Positions 46,152 to 56,616 of a DNA stretch of 64,000 nt are shown here, piece after piece. The position numbers were made by a program, and so were the translations under genes. The stretch covers positions 53,569 to 117,568 of the forward strand of contig CANSKZ010000005.1 in the NCBI GenBank assembly GCA_947647595.1, in the 5' to 3' direction. Source of the DNA: an uncultured Clostridium sp. Lineage in GTDB: Bacteria; Bacillota; Clostridia; TANB77; CAG-508. Below the pieces are notes generated by a model. That model searched no databases and was not told where the DNA came from. It saw only the letters and a program-made list of their open reading frames with translations. Positions within the stretch are counted from its first letter, which is position 1. Every line of letters starts with the position of its first letter.

Positions 46152-47366
46152 ATGAACCCTATTTTTGACGTTTTACAAAAACGTGGCTATATAGAACAAT
46201 TAACCCATCCCAATGAAATTAAAGAACTTTTAGAAGAAAAATCTGTACCATTTTATATTGGAATCGATCCAACTGCGGATAGTTTGCATGTTGGTCATTT
46301 TGTTTCTTTAATGGTAGCTTCTCATTTACAAAAAGCAGGTCATAAACCAATTATTCTTGTGGGTGGCGGAACAGCCATTATTGGTGACCCTTCTGGAAAA
46401 ACCGATATGCGCAAAATGTTAACCAAAGAAGACATTCTACATAATGTTGAATGCATCCAAAAACAAGTAGCAAAATTTGTTAGCTTTGAAGGTGAAAATG
46501 CTGCTATCATTGTCAACAATGCCGACTGGATTTTAGATTTAAATTTCGTCGATTTCATGCGTGAAATTGGAAGCCTTTTTTCTGTCAATAAAATGCTTGC
46601 TGCTGAATGCTACAAACAAAGATTAGAAACGGGTCTTACTTTTTTTGAAATGGGTTACATGCTAATGCAATCTTACGACTTTTTACATTTATATAACACC
46701 TATGGTTGCAAACTCGAAATCGGCGGAAACGACCAATGGTCAAACATTATTGGTGGTGTCGACTTAATCCGAAAAATTGGAAAAGATGATTCTTTTGGAC
46801 TTACCTTCAAACTTCTTACCACCAAAGAAGGCAAAAAAATGGGAAAAACCGAAAAAGGTGCTTTATGGCTAGACGCTGAGAAAGTATCACCTTATGAATT
46901 TTACCAATATTGGCGAAATATTGACGATGCCGATGTTACAAACGTTGCCAAATTGCTTACCTTTTTACCAATCGATGAAATTAACACTATGTCAGAATTA
47001 AAAGATGAACAAATCAATGAAGCTAAGAAAAAAGTCGCTTTCGAAATCACCCAATTGGTGCATGGTCCCATCGAAGCAAAAAAAGCTGAAGAAGCTTCTA
47101 ATGCGCTATTTGGTGGTCAAGGAAATCTAGAAAATATGCCAACGACTAAATTAGAAAATATTGACATTACAATTGCAGATGCTTTAGTTCAAACAGGAAT
47201 TGCCCCTTCCAAAGGACAAGCCAAAACTTTAATTTCACAAGGTGCTATTACATTAAATGACGAAAAAATATCAGATATCACTTATCTTTTATCTGATAAA
47301 GATTTTAAAAATGGTTATGCTATATTAAAAAAAGGCAAAAAAGTCTATCATAAACTGGAAAAATAA
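46152..47366 (+). CDS. tyrS: Tyrosine--tRNA ligase
   Basis: 404 aa. HVGH (HIGH) motif, KMGKT (KMSKS) motif, C-terminal S4 domain. Confidence 0.96.
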   Translation: MNPIFDVLQKRGYIEQLTHPNEIKELLEEKSVPFYIGIDPTADSLHVGHFVSLMVASHLQKAGHKPIILVGGGTAIIGDPSGKTDMRKMLTKEDILHNVECIQKQVAKFVSFEGENAAIIVNNADWILDLNFVDFMREIGSLFSVNKMLAAECYKQRLETGLTFFEMGYMLMQSYDFLHLYNTYGCKLEIGGNDQWSNIIGGVDLIRKIGKDDSFGLTFKLLTTKEGKKMGKTEKGALWLDAEKVSPYEFYQYWRNIDDADVTNVAKLLTFLPIDEINTMSELKDEQINEAKKKVAFEITQLVHGPIEAKKAEEASNALFGGQGNLENMPTTKLENIDITIADALVQTGIAPSKGQAKTLISQGAITLNDEKISDITYLLSDKDFKNGYAILKKGKKVYHKLEK

Positions 47367-47426
47367 TTGACTAATTTTATAAAATAGTGTATGATAATTT
47401 ATTATATACATTTAAGGAGAAAATTT

Positions 47427-49736
47427 ATGTTATGTTCAAATTGCAATAAAAACACAGCTGTTGTGTTTATCAATAAAACCGAAAATGGTCAAACTTCAAC
47501 AGAAGGCTTATGCTACAATTGTGCAAAACAACGTGGCATCAACCCGATTGATGTGATTGTCAAAAATGCAAATCTAAGCCAAGATGAATTAGAAGACATG
47601 TCCAATCAATTCGAAGAAATTATGCAAGATTTTTCAGGAAATTTGAATCTTGAAAATCTAACCGAAGAAGATTTTGCAAACGAAAAAAATCCTCTTAGCG
47701 GTTTTTTCACAATGTTTAAATCAAACTTTAATCAACATGCTAACGAAAATTCCGAAAATGCAAATGCTTCTAACAATTCATCTGGTCCCAAAAAAGCTGT
47801 AAAAGTCAGCAAAAAAGCCAAAAATAATAAAAAGAAATTTTTAGATACATTTGGTACTAATTTAACAGAAAAAGCTAAAAATAATCAATTGGATGAAGTC
47901 ATTGGAAGAGAGTGTGAAATTCAACGTATCACACAAATCTTAAATCGACGTTCTAAAAATAATCCTTGTCTAATTGGCGAACCCGGCGTTGGTAAAACCG
48001 CAATTGCACAAGGTTTGGCAATCAAAATTGCAAAACAACAAGTGCCTGCAAAACTATTAAACAAAGAAGTTTATTTAATTGATATTACAGCTATTATTGC
48101 TGGAACACAATTCAGAGGTCAATTTGAAGGACGTATGAAATCTTTAATTGACGAATGCAAAACTTATGGAAATATTATTTTAGTTATTGATGAAGTTCAT
48201 AATATTATCGGTGCTGGTGATGCTGAACATTCGATGAATGCTGCTAATATCCTAAAACCAGCTTTATCCAATGGCGAAATTCAATTAATTGGAACCACGA
48301 CTTTAAAAGAATATCGAAAATACATCGAAAAAGATACCGCTTTAGAAAGAAGATTCCAACCTGTTATCATTGAAGAACCTTCGATTGAGGATTCCATTGG
48401 CATTTTAAAAGGAATCAAAAAATATTACGAGGAATTTCATAAAGTGTTGATTTCCGATGATGTGATTGAAAAAACAGTTAAGATGTCTGAAAAATACATT
48501 CACGACCGATTCTTACCAGACAAAGCCATTGATTTAATTGATGAAGCTTGTTCTAAAATCAATTTAGGAAATAAAGATTTATATGAACTTGAAATCATTC
48601 GAAACGAACTTGCCAAATTGGCAGATGAAAAAGAAGAAGCTGTTTCTTCTGATTCCATTGAAGATTATCAAAAAGCAGCTGATTTAAAAACCAAGGAATG
48701 TTCCTTAACCGAACGTTTGCAACAAATCGAAAGTACCCTTCAACCTTCTGTTTTAACCACACAAGATATCGCAGAAGTCATTGAACGTTGGACAAAAATA
48801 CCAGTTACCAAAATTACAGAAGCCGAAACACAAAAATTATTAAACTTGGAAGCTAACCTTCATACTCATATTATGGGTCAAAATACTGCTGTAGAAGCTG
48901 TTTCAAAAGCGATTCGTCGAAATCGTGCAGGACTTCAAAGTACGAAACGTCCACCATCTTTCATTTTTGTTGGACCAACTGGCGTTGGAAAAACAGAACT
49001 TGCAAAATCATTAGCTTTTGAAATGTTCGGCTCAGAAGATTCAATTATTCGAATTGATATGTCAGAATACATGGAAAGTCATTCTACTTCTAAATTAATC
49101 GGCTCTCCTCCAGGCTATGTTGGATACGACGATGCGGGTCAATTGACTGAAAAAGTAAAGCGTAAACCTTATTCCATTATTTTGTTAGACGAAATTGAAA
49201 AAGCACATCCAGATGTATTTAATGTTTTATTACAAGTTTTAGATGACGGAAAATTAACAGATTCACAAGGAAATACCGTAAATTTCGAAAATACAATCAT
49301 TATCATGACTTCTAATGCAGGTTCTAATTTGAATAATAATTCCATTGGATTTGGCTCAAAATCCATTATGGACAATGATAAAATGATTGCTGCTTTAAAA
49401 GATTTATTCCGTCCAGAATTTCTAAATAGAGTTGACGAAATTGTTGCCTTTTCACCACTTACAGAAGATGAATTATTGCAAATTGTGGATTTATTATTAT
49501 CCAAAACGCAATTAGCCTTGGACACCAAAGACATCAAATTAGATATTTCATTAGAAGCAAAAAAATTCTTACTTTCTAAAGGAACCGACTTAAAATATGG
49601 TGCAAGACCACTTCGTCGCTCGATTCAAAGATATATTGAAGATGAAATTTCAGATATGATTTTAAAATCAGAAGTCATCGCAGGTCAGACCATCCATATT
49701 GATTGTAAAAATGAAGAGTTGAAATTTAGTATATAA
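47427..49736 (+). CDS. clpE: ATP-dependent Clp protease ATP-binding subunit, ClpE type
   Basis: N-terminal zinc ribbon MLCSNCNK...CYNCAK, two AAA+ modules ([16 protein letters not shown]), no Clp_N repeats. Start at 47427 behind AAGGAGA. Confidence 0.85.
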   Translation: MLCSNCNKNTAVVFINKTENGQTSTEGLCYNCAKQRGINPIDVIVKNANLSQDELEDMSNQFEEIMQDFSGNLNLENLTEEDFANEKNPLSGFFTMFKSNFNQHANENSENANASNNSSGPKKAVKVSKKAKNNKKKFLDTFGTNLTEKAKNNQLDEVIGRECEIQRITQILNRRSKNNPCLIGEPGVGKTAIAQGLAIKIAKQQVPAKLLNKEVYLIDITAIIAGTQFRGQFEGRMKSLIDECKTYGNIILVIDEVHNIIGAGDAEHSMNAANILKPALSNGEIQLIGTTTLKEYRKYIEKDTALERRFQPVIIEEPSIEDSIGILKGIKKYYEEFHKVLISDDVIEKTVKMSEKYIHDRFLPDKAIDLIDEACSKINLGNKDLYELEIIRNELAKLADEKEEAVSSDSIEDYQKAADLKTKECSLTERLQQIESTLQPSVLTTQDIAEVIERWTKIPVTKITEAETQKLLNLEANLHTHIMGQNTAVEAVSKAIRRNRAGLQSTKRPPSFIFVGPTGVGKTELAKSLAFEMFGSEDSIIRIDMSEYMESHSTSKLIGSPPGYVGYDDAGQLTEKVKRKPYSIILLDEIEKAHPDVFNVLLQVLDDGKLTDSQGNTVNFENTIIIMTSNAGSNLNNNSIGFGSKSIMDNDKMIAALKDLFRPEFLNRVDEIVAFSPLTEDELLQIVDLLLSKTQLALDTKDIKLDISLEAKKFLLSKGTDLKYGARPLRRSIQRYIEDEISDMILKSEVIAGQTIHIDCKNEELKFSI

Positions 49737-49743
49737 ATAACAA

Positions 49744-49772
49744 AAAGGAGTTTCAGAATTGAAACTTCCTTT
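49744..49772 (+). terminator. clpE terminator
   Basis: aaggagtttc / gaaacttcctt imperfect hairpin followed by a T-run. Confidence 0.55.
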
Positions 49773-50235
49773 TCATTTTACATTTACTTATTCTTTGGCA
49801 GTGAATTAACCCATACGCCATACGATGTAAAGACTCTGCCACATGCCTCGCACTTTAGACATTTGTTAGGTTTCTTTTCCGCTTTGCAATTATTTGCAGG
49901 CTTATATTGCGGTTCCTCAAAATCTTTTTTTGGTTCTTATTATTGGTAAGTCTCTTGCACTTGTTGCCATAACTCTACCTCCTTTTCCTTCATGCCATAA
50001 CATACCTATACTACTTGTTGCCTTTGCGTGTTTTATGTTCGAAAATTTTTCTCTCCATGATAACACACCTCCACTTCTAAATCTTAATATAAATTTTATA
50101 ATTGTTATTATTATACAATATTTTGTAAACAAAGTCAATGACAAAACCAAAATAATTACAATTGTAAAAACAGAAAGAGAAGTTCTCATTTCCTAAACAA
50201 AAACCTCTCTTTCTTTAAATCTTTTAATTGGAATT

Positions 50236-50406
50236 TTATTTTTCGCTGGCTCGTATCGATTTTATCATCGCTTCCAGCTTTTCCAGCTCTCCTGGCTTCA
50301 AAACATAGTCTTCCTCAATCAGTAACACAGACTTCAAACAACCAAACTGCTTCTTCCGAGCTTCTTTCCGTGCTTTCATTATTTCCAGAAATCTTCCACA
50401 AAACAT
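50236..50406 (-). CDS. 56-aa ORF in a locally GC-richer patch (possible mobile-DNA remnant)
   Basis: AGGAGGTG RBS then ATG at 50406. Product MFCGRFLEIMKARKEARKKQFGCLKSVLLIEEDYVLKPGELEKLEAMIKSIRASEK. It contains two in-frame CGG codons without a frame break. Confidence 0.3.
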   Translation of the reverse strand: MFCGRFLEIMKARKEARKKQFGCLKSVLLIEEDYVLKPGELEKLEAMIKSIRASEK

Positions 50407-50483
50407 TATAACACCTCCTATTTTATTTACATAACTTTATTTTACCATGTTTTATGAAGAATGTCAACAATTGTAAATCTATG

Positions 50484-51062
50484 TTATTCAAAATCCTCCA
50501 ACACTGCACTCAATTTTCCTTCTCCAAAAACCGTAATTCCTTCTTCTAAGTCCTCAACATCTTCTTCTGGCAGATAATCTCTAGCAATATCCGTTTTCTT
50601 ATATTCTTTTAATTCTCCTAGTGTCCCCATTTGATAAACATTAACAGCATCATTCTCCAAACGAATCAAAAAATGCTCGTCACAATATCCATTAATTTCT
50701 TTGCTAAGTACCAATTTGCCTTTCGAAAATTCTTCCACTTCCCAATCTGCATAATATTCTTCTACTTCTTGCTTATTCAAATTGACTAATTCTGCTGGCA
50801 ATTCCGCCTCCTCATAATCAAAATGATTACATTCATCATAATATTTTTTCAGTGCAAAACCAGAATTAGGAGATATTTTTTCTTCATCAACAGCTGTTGT
50901 AACTGTCGTTTCATTAGCATATAGTTTTTCCACATTTTCGTTAGATTTTGCTTCTTGCGTTTTATATGCTGTATTCAGCAAACCAACAATTCCCCATATA
51001 ACGCCTACAATACATACAACTAATGCACCAATATATACATAATCTTTTCTCATAAAAATCAC
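50484..51062 (-). CDS. Membrane-anchored protein with BofC C-terminal-like domain
   Basis: N-terminal TM helix. The C-terminus FLIRLENDAVNVYQ...DIARDYLPEEDVEDLEEGITVFGEGKLSAVLEDFE resembles the BofC_C pattern. Assignment from memory. Confidence 0.5.
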   Translation of the reverse strand: MIFMRKDYVYIGALVVCIVGVIWGIVGLLNTAYKTQEAKSNENVEKLYANETTVTTAVDEEKISPNSGFALKKYYDECNHFDYEEAELPAELVNLNKQEVEEYYADWEVEEFSKGKLVLSKEINGYCDEHFLIRLENDAVNVYQMGTLGELKEYKKTDIARDYLPEEDVEDLEEGITVFGEGKLSAVLEDFE

Positions 51063-51194
51063 CTTTCGCTAGTAGTATGGATGATTTCTGGAAAATTATA
51101 CATATTTTTATAGCAAAAATGCCTAAATACGAAGTCTTTTCTTCGCACTTAGACATTTTATTTATATATTAAATTAAATATATACTATAGTATA

Positions 51195-51872
51195 TTAAAC
51201 AACCTCCTCTGTTGTTTCTTCTACTTGGGTTGTTTCGTCATTTTTTTCTACAATTTCCAAACTAGCCACTGAAACTTCATATGCAACTCTTTCTTCTACT
51301 GTTCCATCTTCATGCTTTTTCTCATAAATTCTACTTTGCACTCTACCAACTAAACGTACTTCTGTTCCAACCTCCATGTTTTCACAAAATCTGGCGTTAC
51401 GTCCCCAAGCAATACATGGTATGTAATCTGATTTGTTATATGCACGATTAACGGCTAGTAAAATATCTGCAATTTCTCTGCCAAATGGTGTTTGTCTGTA
51501 AATTGGTTTTTTACAAATATAGCCTAATAATTTTACTTCATTTGATACTTCTTCTTTTACTGCTTCTGCATCAACTTCTATAATTTCTTTGGCAAAAACA
51601 GTTAATATTAATCTGTTTTTCTCGTTTTCATAATTATTATAGGATCTGAATTGTCCTTCTACTTTAAGGCTATTTCCCATTTCTAAATTAATACTTGTTA
51701 ATAATCTTTCAGATACAGTAATTGGAATAATATCTACAGTCGAACTTAATCTTACGACTTCTAAATTGAAGATATAAAATTTTTCTCCATAGATTTCATG
51801 ACTATATCTTTTTTCGCTCGCAACTTTCCCAACCAACACTAAGTGGTTGTTTTCTAAATAATTTGTATTCAA
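51195..51872 (-). CDS. OB-fold single-stranded DNA-binding family protein (two OB-like halves)
   Basis: 225 aa. LVGRVQSRIYEKKHEDGTVEERVAYEVSV is SSB-like, with an acidic C-terminal tail. Confidence 0.55.
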   Translation of the reverse strand: MNTNYLENNHLVLVGKVASEKRYSHEIYGEKFYIFNLEVVRLSSTVDIIPITVSERLLTSINLEMGNSLKVEGQFRSYNNYENEKNRLILTVFAKEIIEVDAEAVKEEVSNEVKLLGYICKKPIYRQTPFGREIADILLAVNRAYNKSDYIPCIAWGRNARFCENMEVGTEVRLVGRVQSRIYEKKHEDGTVEERVAYEVSVASLEIVEKNDETTQVEETTEEVV

Positions 51873-52059
51873 TTTAAATTCCTCCTTAAATTCATCTAAT
51901 GTATTTCATATATGCATTCTTTTCTTATATTTATTACTATTATAACATACTTTTTTAGCTTTGTCTACATAAAATTTCATTTTTTTCTATTTTTTTACAA
52001 TTTTACTATATTTTTCGGTTAACAAATATGTTTTTTATCAACGTTTTGTTCTATTTTAA

Positions 52060-53445
52060 TTATGTCAAATTATTATTTTTGTTCGTTTTTATGTCATCTA
52101 ATATGAATTTCTTAAATAAATTTCCTCGCTCTTGAAAATTTTTAAAAAATCCATAACTTGAAGCTGCTGGAGATAATACACAAATCGTGTTTTTCTTCGT
52201 CACTTCCTTTGCAATTTTAACCGCTTCTTGCAAATTTTGTACTTTATATAATATCTTATTTTCCACATTTTTTAGAGCATCATAGATAATTTCACCAGTT
52301 TTTGGTAAACAAATAATGTGTTCGACTTCAGAATGTTTCAAAAAGTCAACTAATTCTTTTTGAGATACTCCTCTATCTTTTCCACCTACAATCAGCGTGT
52401 TTACGTTTTGTAAGGCTGTAATCGTATTAATGGTGGATTGTGGGATAGTGGCAATAGAATCGTTGTAATATTCAATAGAATCTATTTGGGCTACAAATTC
52501 CATGCGATGTTCTAACGGTTCAAAATTTTGAATGGTTTTGACAGCTTTTGCAAAGTCCAAATTCATGATATCACACACAGCTAAAACAAACATAATATTA
52601 TGAATATGGTGTATTCCTTTTAACTTCAGCTTTGTTCTTAAATCCATAACGCATACATTATTACAATATATGTCGTTTTTTTCTATCCATACCGAATTTT
52701 TTGTTTTTGGCTTGTTTTCCAAACTGACTGCATAGTCAGTTGTTTTAAAATCATACTTTTTTAAAAGTTCGTTGTCTGCATTATAAATTAAGTATTCTTC
52801 TTCTTTTTGAAAGTTAGTGATATTTAATTTAGCTTGTGCGTATTCTTCAACAGAAGTATAATGATCAAGATGTTCTTCATATAGATTTAGTAAAATTGCA
52901 ATATTGGGTGAATTTTTTACATATTGTAAACTGTGAGAGGATAATTCCAATACGATAATGCTATTGGGTTTCAAATTCTCAATTTCATCAAAAATCGGTT
53001 CTCCAATATTGCTCAATAAAAATACATCTTTGTCTTGATTTTTAAGTACTTGATAAAGAATACTACTGGTGGTACTTTTCCCTTTTGTTCCTGTCACACC
53101 AATTGTAAATACAGGAACAAATTCGAATAATAATTGAACTTGATTGGTTATTTTATTTTGAAAAGTTTTCGTATTTATATTTTTAAACGAAATTCCAGGC
53201 GTTTTTATAATTAAATCATATTCCTCTATACCATTTAAATAGCCTTCTCCCATACTGACTTCTAAATTAATATCCTCTAAAAATTCTGGATATTTTTCAA
53301 GCAAATCAGTGCTTTTGTCCGCCATAAAAAGTTCTTTTTCTGGAAAATTTTTTCTTAAAAATCGATAGGTTGATTTTCCTTCTACTCCTACGCCTAATAT
53401 CAATATCTTTTTATTTTCTAAAAATTCTAATAATTTTTCTAACAT
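52060..53445 (-). CDS. murD: Mur ligase, MurD family (possibly MurD2-type)
   Basis: 461 aa. GVTGTKGKSTT P-loop and Mur ligase middle and C domains. The N-terminal ILILGVGVEGKSTYRFL differs from the canonical MurD GLGKSG. Confidence 0.8.
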   Translation of the reverse strand: MLEKLLEFLENKKILILGVGVEGKSTYRFLRKNFPEKELFMADKSTDLLEKYPEFLEDINLEVSMGEGYLNGIEEYDLIIKTPGISFKNINTKTFQNKITNQVQLLFEFVPVFTIGVTGTKGKSTTSSILYQVLKNQDKDVFLLSNIGEPIFDEIENLKPNSIIVLELSSHSLQYVKNSPNIAILLNLYEEHLDHYTSVEEYAQAKLNITNFQKEEEYLIYNADNELLKKYDFKTTDYAVSLENKPKTKNSVWIEKNDIYCNNVCVMDLRTKLKLKGIHHIHNIMFVLAVCDIMNLDFAKAVKTIQNFEPLEHRMEFVAQIDSIEYYNDSIATIPQSTINTITALQNVNTLIVGGKDRGVSQKELVDFLKHSEVEHIICLPKTGEIIYDALKNVENKILYKVQNLQEAVKIAKEVTKKNTICVLSPAASSYGFFKNFQERGNLFKKFILDDIKTNKNNNLT

Positions 53446-54788
53446 TCAAAAATTTTTCCTCTCAAAATTTCATCAAATTCTTTGGGCAAATTATTATTTT
53501 GGTTATAATAATTTAAAAGATTAGAATCAAATTGTTCAAAATGTTCTTTGTAGTATTGTAATAAAAATGGCAATTTTCCATTTGTGTTTTGGATTGTTTT
53601 GGAAATAGCATATCTTACTTCTTCATATGTTCCAACGCATTCAAATGGTTTGTTTTCTGCATAGCCACAAAGTTCAATTAAGGTTTGAAGTAAATTTTCT
53701 TTTTCAAATAAATCTTCTCCAAAAATGGAAATTAATTTTTCTTTATATAAGAATGGGCTTAAAATAATAAATGGGAATAAACATTTTGGGCAATTACAAC
53801 ACCATTTCCATGGTTTGCTTTTACTTCCTAAATTGCAACTTTTAAAAATAGGATGATAGTCTTCTAATTGCGAAAATAATTTTGCGATTTGTAATTCATT
53901 AATTGGACGTAAAAAACTAAAATATTCTGGTCCATTGAAACAAATATATTGTTTCACATAAGTTCTAAAATCATTCTCAAATTCAATTGTTTTTGAATAT
54001 TGATGATTAATATTTTCTCCTTTAATATTGGATTCATTAGCACTGTCTTCATTGGATAACACAATATATCTTTTGCCAAGCGTAACTGCTGTAAAATACG
54101 TAATAAAAGCTAATAACGCAGAAAATGGTGTATGACCATTTAAAAAACCTTTTTGATTTAAATCTAATAAATTAGAATCGATTGTTCGATTGACTTCAAT
54201 GATTTCATTTTCCTCTAAACCAGCAATTTTAGCACACTTTTTAGAAACTTCTTCGAGATTCATACGAAAACCAAATCTTTTTTGCTTAGTTTCTTTCAAT
54301 AATTCTAATGTGACATTCGAATCTTTTCCTCCACCAATGGGAATGATAGCATCTGTTAGCGTTTCTGATAAAGTTTCTGTTTTGTATTCTTGCCCTTGTG
54401 TTATGATTTGCACAAAATTTTCTTGTGAAACTTGAATTTTGTTTTTGTATCGAAATTCACCAAGTCCCAAATAAATTAACTTTTTGAACCAATCAATTTG
54501 TTTTTGATTTAACTTCCCACAATTAATATAAAAATTTTTGCTACAGGTTGCTTTCCAATAGCTAATTGCTTCAATAATTCCAATATGAAAAGCAATATTT
54601 TGAACAATATTTTTGTTTAAGTAATGCCACTTAAAATCTTTTTTTAAAATTTTTAATGTTGGATGAAAGGTCGTTAAACCTTGTATTTCAAATTCATATT
54701 TTAAATAAATATTTTCTTCATCTTGTTCTATTTTGTAATTTTGATAAATAAATTTATCGTATTTTTCTCTTAGAATTTCATATTCCAT
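53439..54788 (-). CDS. Conserved protein with PP-loop-like motif, candidate MurL-type epimerase
   Basis: 449 aa. PIGGGKDSNVTLELL resembles an SGGKDS PP-loop. Its stop overlaps the murD-like start by 7 nt (translational coupling). Confidence 0.4.
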   Translation of the reverse strand: MEYEILREKYDKFIYQNYKIEQDEENIYLKYEFEIQGLTTFHPTLKILKKDFKWHYLNKNIVQNIAFHIGIIEAISYWKATCSKNFYINCGKLNQKQIDWFKKLIYLGLGEFRYKNKIQVSQENFVQIITQGQEYKTETLSETLTDAIIPIGGGKDSNVTLELLKETKQKRFGFRMNLEEVSKKCAKIAGLEENEIIEVNRTIDSNLLDLNQKGFLNGHTPFSALLAFITYFTAVTLGKRYIVLSNEDSANESNIKGENINHQYSKTIEFENDFRTYVKQYICFNGPEYFSFLRPINELQIAKLFSQLEDYHPIFKSCNLGSKSKPWKWCCNCPKCLFPFIILSPFLYKEKLISIFGEDLFEKENLLQTLIELCGYAENKPFECVGTYEEVRYAISKTIQNTNGKLPFLLQYYKEHFEQFDSNLLNYYNQNNNLPKEFDEILRGKIFEC

Positions 54789-54831
54789 AGGACTCTTTTC
54801 CTCCTTTAATGGATTGATAAATGTTAAATAA

Positions 54832-54859
54832 TAATATCAAACATTCGTTCTTTTGTCAA
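54832..54859 (-). promoter_or_regulatory. Sigma-A-type promoter of the 53439..54788 / murD operon
   Basis: Minus strand TTGACA-16 nt-TATTAT. Confidence 0.45.
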
Positions 54860-54883
54860 TCCTTTTTTTGAGATTTCATAAAA

Positions 54884-54916
54884 ATACACCTCTGTTATTT
54901 TTAGAGGTGTATTTTT
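54884..54916 (-). terminator. Terminator after the spoIIID 3' segment
   Basis: aatacacctct / agaggtgtatt stem. On the minus strand it is followed by TTTTTAT. Confidence 0.6.
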
Positions 54917-54920
54917 CGTT

Positions 54921-55085
54921 TTAAGAAGCATTGGTTTTATGACTATATTTCATTTTGGTTGCCATTCCGCCTCGAATGTGCCTTTCTGCTTTGTTTTCAT
55001 CTAGCACTTTGCGTACTTCCATTGCTAAGGTGTAATTAATGTTGAGCAAACGTTGACTGACATCTTTATGTACCGACGTTACTAT
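54921..55085 (-). pseudogene. spoIIID: 3' segment of spoIIID (mother-cell transcription factor), severed from its 5' half by the inserted element
   Basis: The frame reads (I)VTSVHKDVSQRLLNINYTLAMEVRKVLDENKAERHIRGGMATKMKYSHKTNAS*. This matches the C-terminal half of SpoIIID (STVHKDL...RHLRGGEATKLKY). A TGA stop lies immediately upstream in that frame, and there is no N-terminal HTH half. Confidence 0.75.
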
Positions 55086-56616
55086 TCAGAACGGTCGGTG
55101 GATTGATTCCAATCTCGTTCAAAAGTTTTAATCTTACTTCAATATTTGCTTCGCTGTCAACTTCAATGACATCAATAATTGTTTTTAACATCGCATTTGT
55201 AATCGTTTCATTATTCAAGATGTCATCTACCGTGCTAATCGTTCTCGACAACTCTTTTTCCAAAACATCTTTTTCTTTGATTTCAGAAGTGATTAATTTG
55301 AGCTCCCTTTCTAGCCTTGCGATATCTTCATTTAATGGATTGGTATATTTCTTCAATTCTTGAATGTTAATCACTTCATTTTGAAACATTTCCATATACT
55401 TTTGTTTCTTAACCGTAATTTTTTCAATCTCTTGAAGTAAACTTTTCTCACTCCTTTCGTGATTTTCCCTTAATTTCGTGATTTTATCAAACTCTTTTTG
55501 TACTGATTTCATAAATTCCTTCTTATTGGAAATAATGTTTTTCAAATATTCTTTGATAGCATTTAGCAATTCTTCTTCATCAATGACAGTTGTATTAGGG
55601 CACGAACTAACACCCAGCGAATTTCTACCACTACAAACCCAGCGAATATATTCTTTACCATTTTCGGAATATTTCCTTTTGGTTCGTCGATACGAATATC
55701 CACAATGTTTGCAATAAATAAGTGTACTAAACACATAGCTTGTCTTTTCTCGTTTGCAATTCAACTTGAACTCTGTTGACCTTTGTGCCAAAATTTCTTG
55801 GGCTTTGTTGAATAATTCGTCAGATATAATTCGCATTTCTGGCTTTTCAACGACAATCCATTCTTCTTCTGGCAAGTCTTTTCTGGTCCCTGTAATGAAA
55901 TCCGTTACTTCGGATTTTTTGTTTGTTACTCTGCCTGTATAAATTGGATTTTTGAGCATTCTGACAATCGAAGTTTGCACCCATCTTGATTTTGTTTTTT
56001 TGGTGCGGATGCCTCGTTCATTTAATTCCCAAGCAATTTTTGTTGTTCCCATTCCTTTATAGACATAGTTTTCAAAAATTTCTTTGACAATTTTGGCTTC
56101 TTCTTCATTGATTTTTAGTGTATATCTTTCATCTGGCATTTTGTCATAGCCAAAAACGATGTTGGGAACTCGTCCTTTTTGGGCCGTAATGTCTTTTCCG
56201 AATTTTACCCTTTTGGACATATTGGCACTTTCTTGTTGAGCCATTGCGCCTAAAATCGTCAAAATAAATTCGGAGCCACCTTCCATAATTTCGCCATTGT
56301 TTAGGAAATCGACTTCGATTCCATAAGACTTCAATTCTCGAATGCTTTGCAATAAATCAACGGTGTTTCTAGCAAAACGGCTGACATCTTTTACAACTAC
56401 TTTTTCAAATTTTTTTGCTTTGGCATCTTGCATCATTGCCTGAAATTGTTTTCTGTGTTTGATTTGTTTTCCTGATATTCCTTCGTCTGCATATAACTTG
56501 TACAATTCGTATCCATTTTTCTTTGTGAATTCGTTGAAGAATTCGATTTGCTTTTCAAGCGAATCAATTTGGGCTTCTTTTTCGGTTGATACTCTACAAT
56601 AGGCTGCAATTTTCAT
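55066..56616 (-). CDS. Large serine recombinase (SpoIVCA-like)
   Basis: 516 aa. Resolvase catalytic N-terminus MKIAAYCRVSTEKE...VKDVSRFARN, recombinase domain, zinc ribbon CKHCGYSY...WVCSGR, C-terminal coiled coil. Confidence 0.93.
   Translation of the reverse strand: MKIAAYCRVSTEKEAQIDSLEKQIEFFNEFTKKNGYELYKLYADEGISGKQIKHRKQFQAMMQDAKAKKFEKVVVKDVSRFARNTVDLLQSIRELKSYGIEVDFLNNGEIMEGGSEFILTILGAMAQQESANMSKRVKFGKDITAQKGRVPNIVFGYDKMPDERYTLKINEEEAKIVKEIFENYVYKGMGTTKIAWELNERGIRTKKTKSRWVQTSIVRMLKNPIYTGRVTNKKSEVTDFITGTRKDLPEEEWIVVEKPEMRIISDELFNKAQEILAQRSTEFKLNCKREKTSYVFSTLIYCKHCGYSYRRTKRKYSENGKEYIRWVCSGRNSLGVSSCPNTTVIDEEELLNAIKEYLKNIISNKKEFMKSVQKEFDKITKLRENHERSEKSLLQEIEKITVKKQKYMEMFQNEVINIQELKKYTNPLNEDIARLERELKLITSEIKEKDVLEKELSRTISTVDDILNNETITNAMLKTIIDVIEVDSEANIEVRLKLLNEIGINPPTVLNSNVGT

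Noticed and set aside
49894-50196. Mutually antisense 100-aa (+) and 90-aa (-) ORFs after clpE
   Set aside because: Neither has an RBS, recognisable homology or sensible composition. The region is treated as degraded or non-coding; see the finding on 49780..50420.
50962-51156. 64-aa minus-strand ORF overlapping the 5' end of the BofC-like gene
   Set aside because: It overlaps the better-supported 192-aa ORF out of frame and has no RBS.
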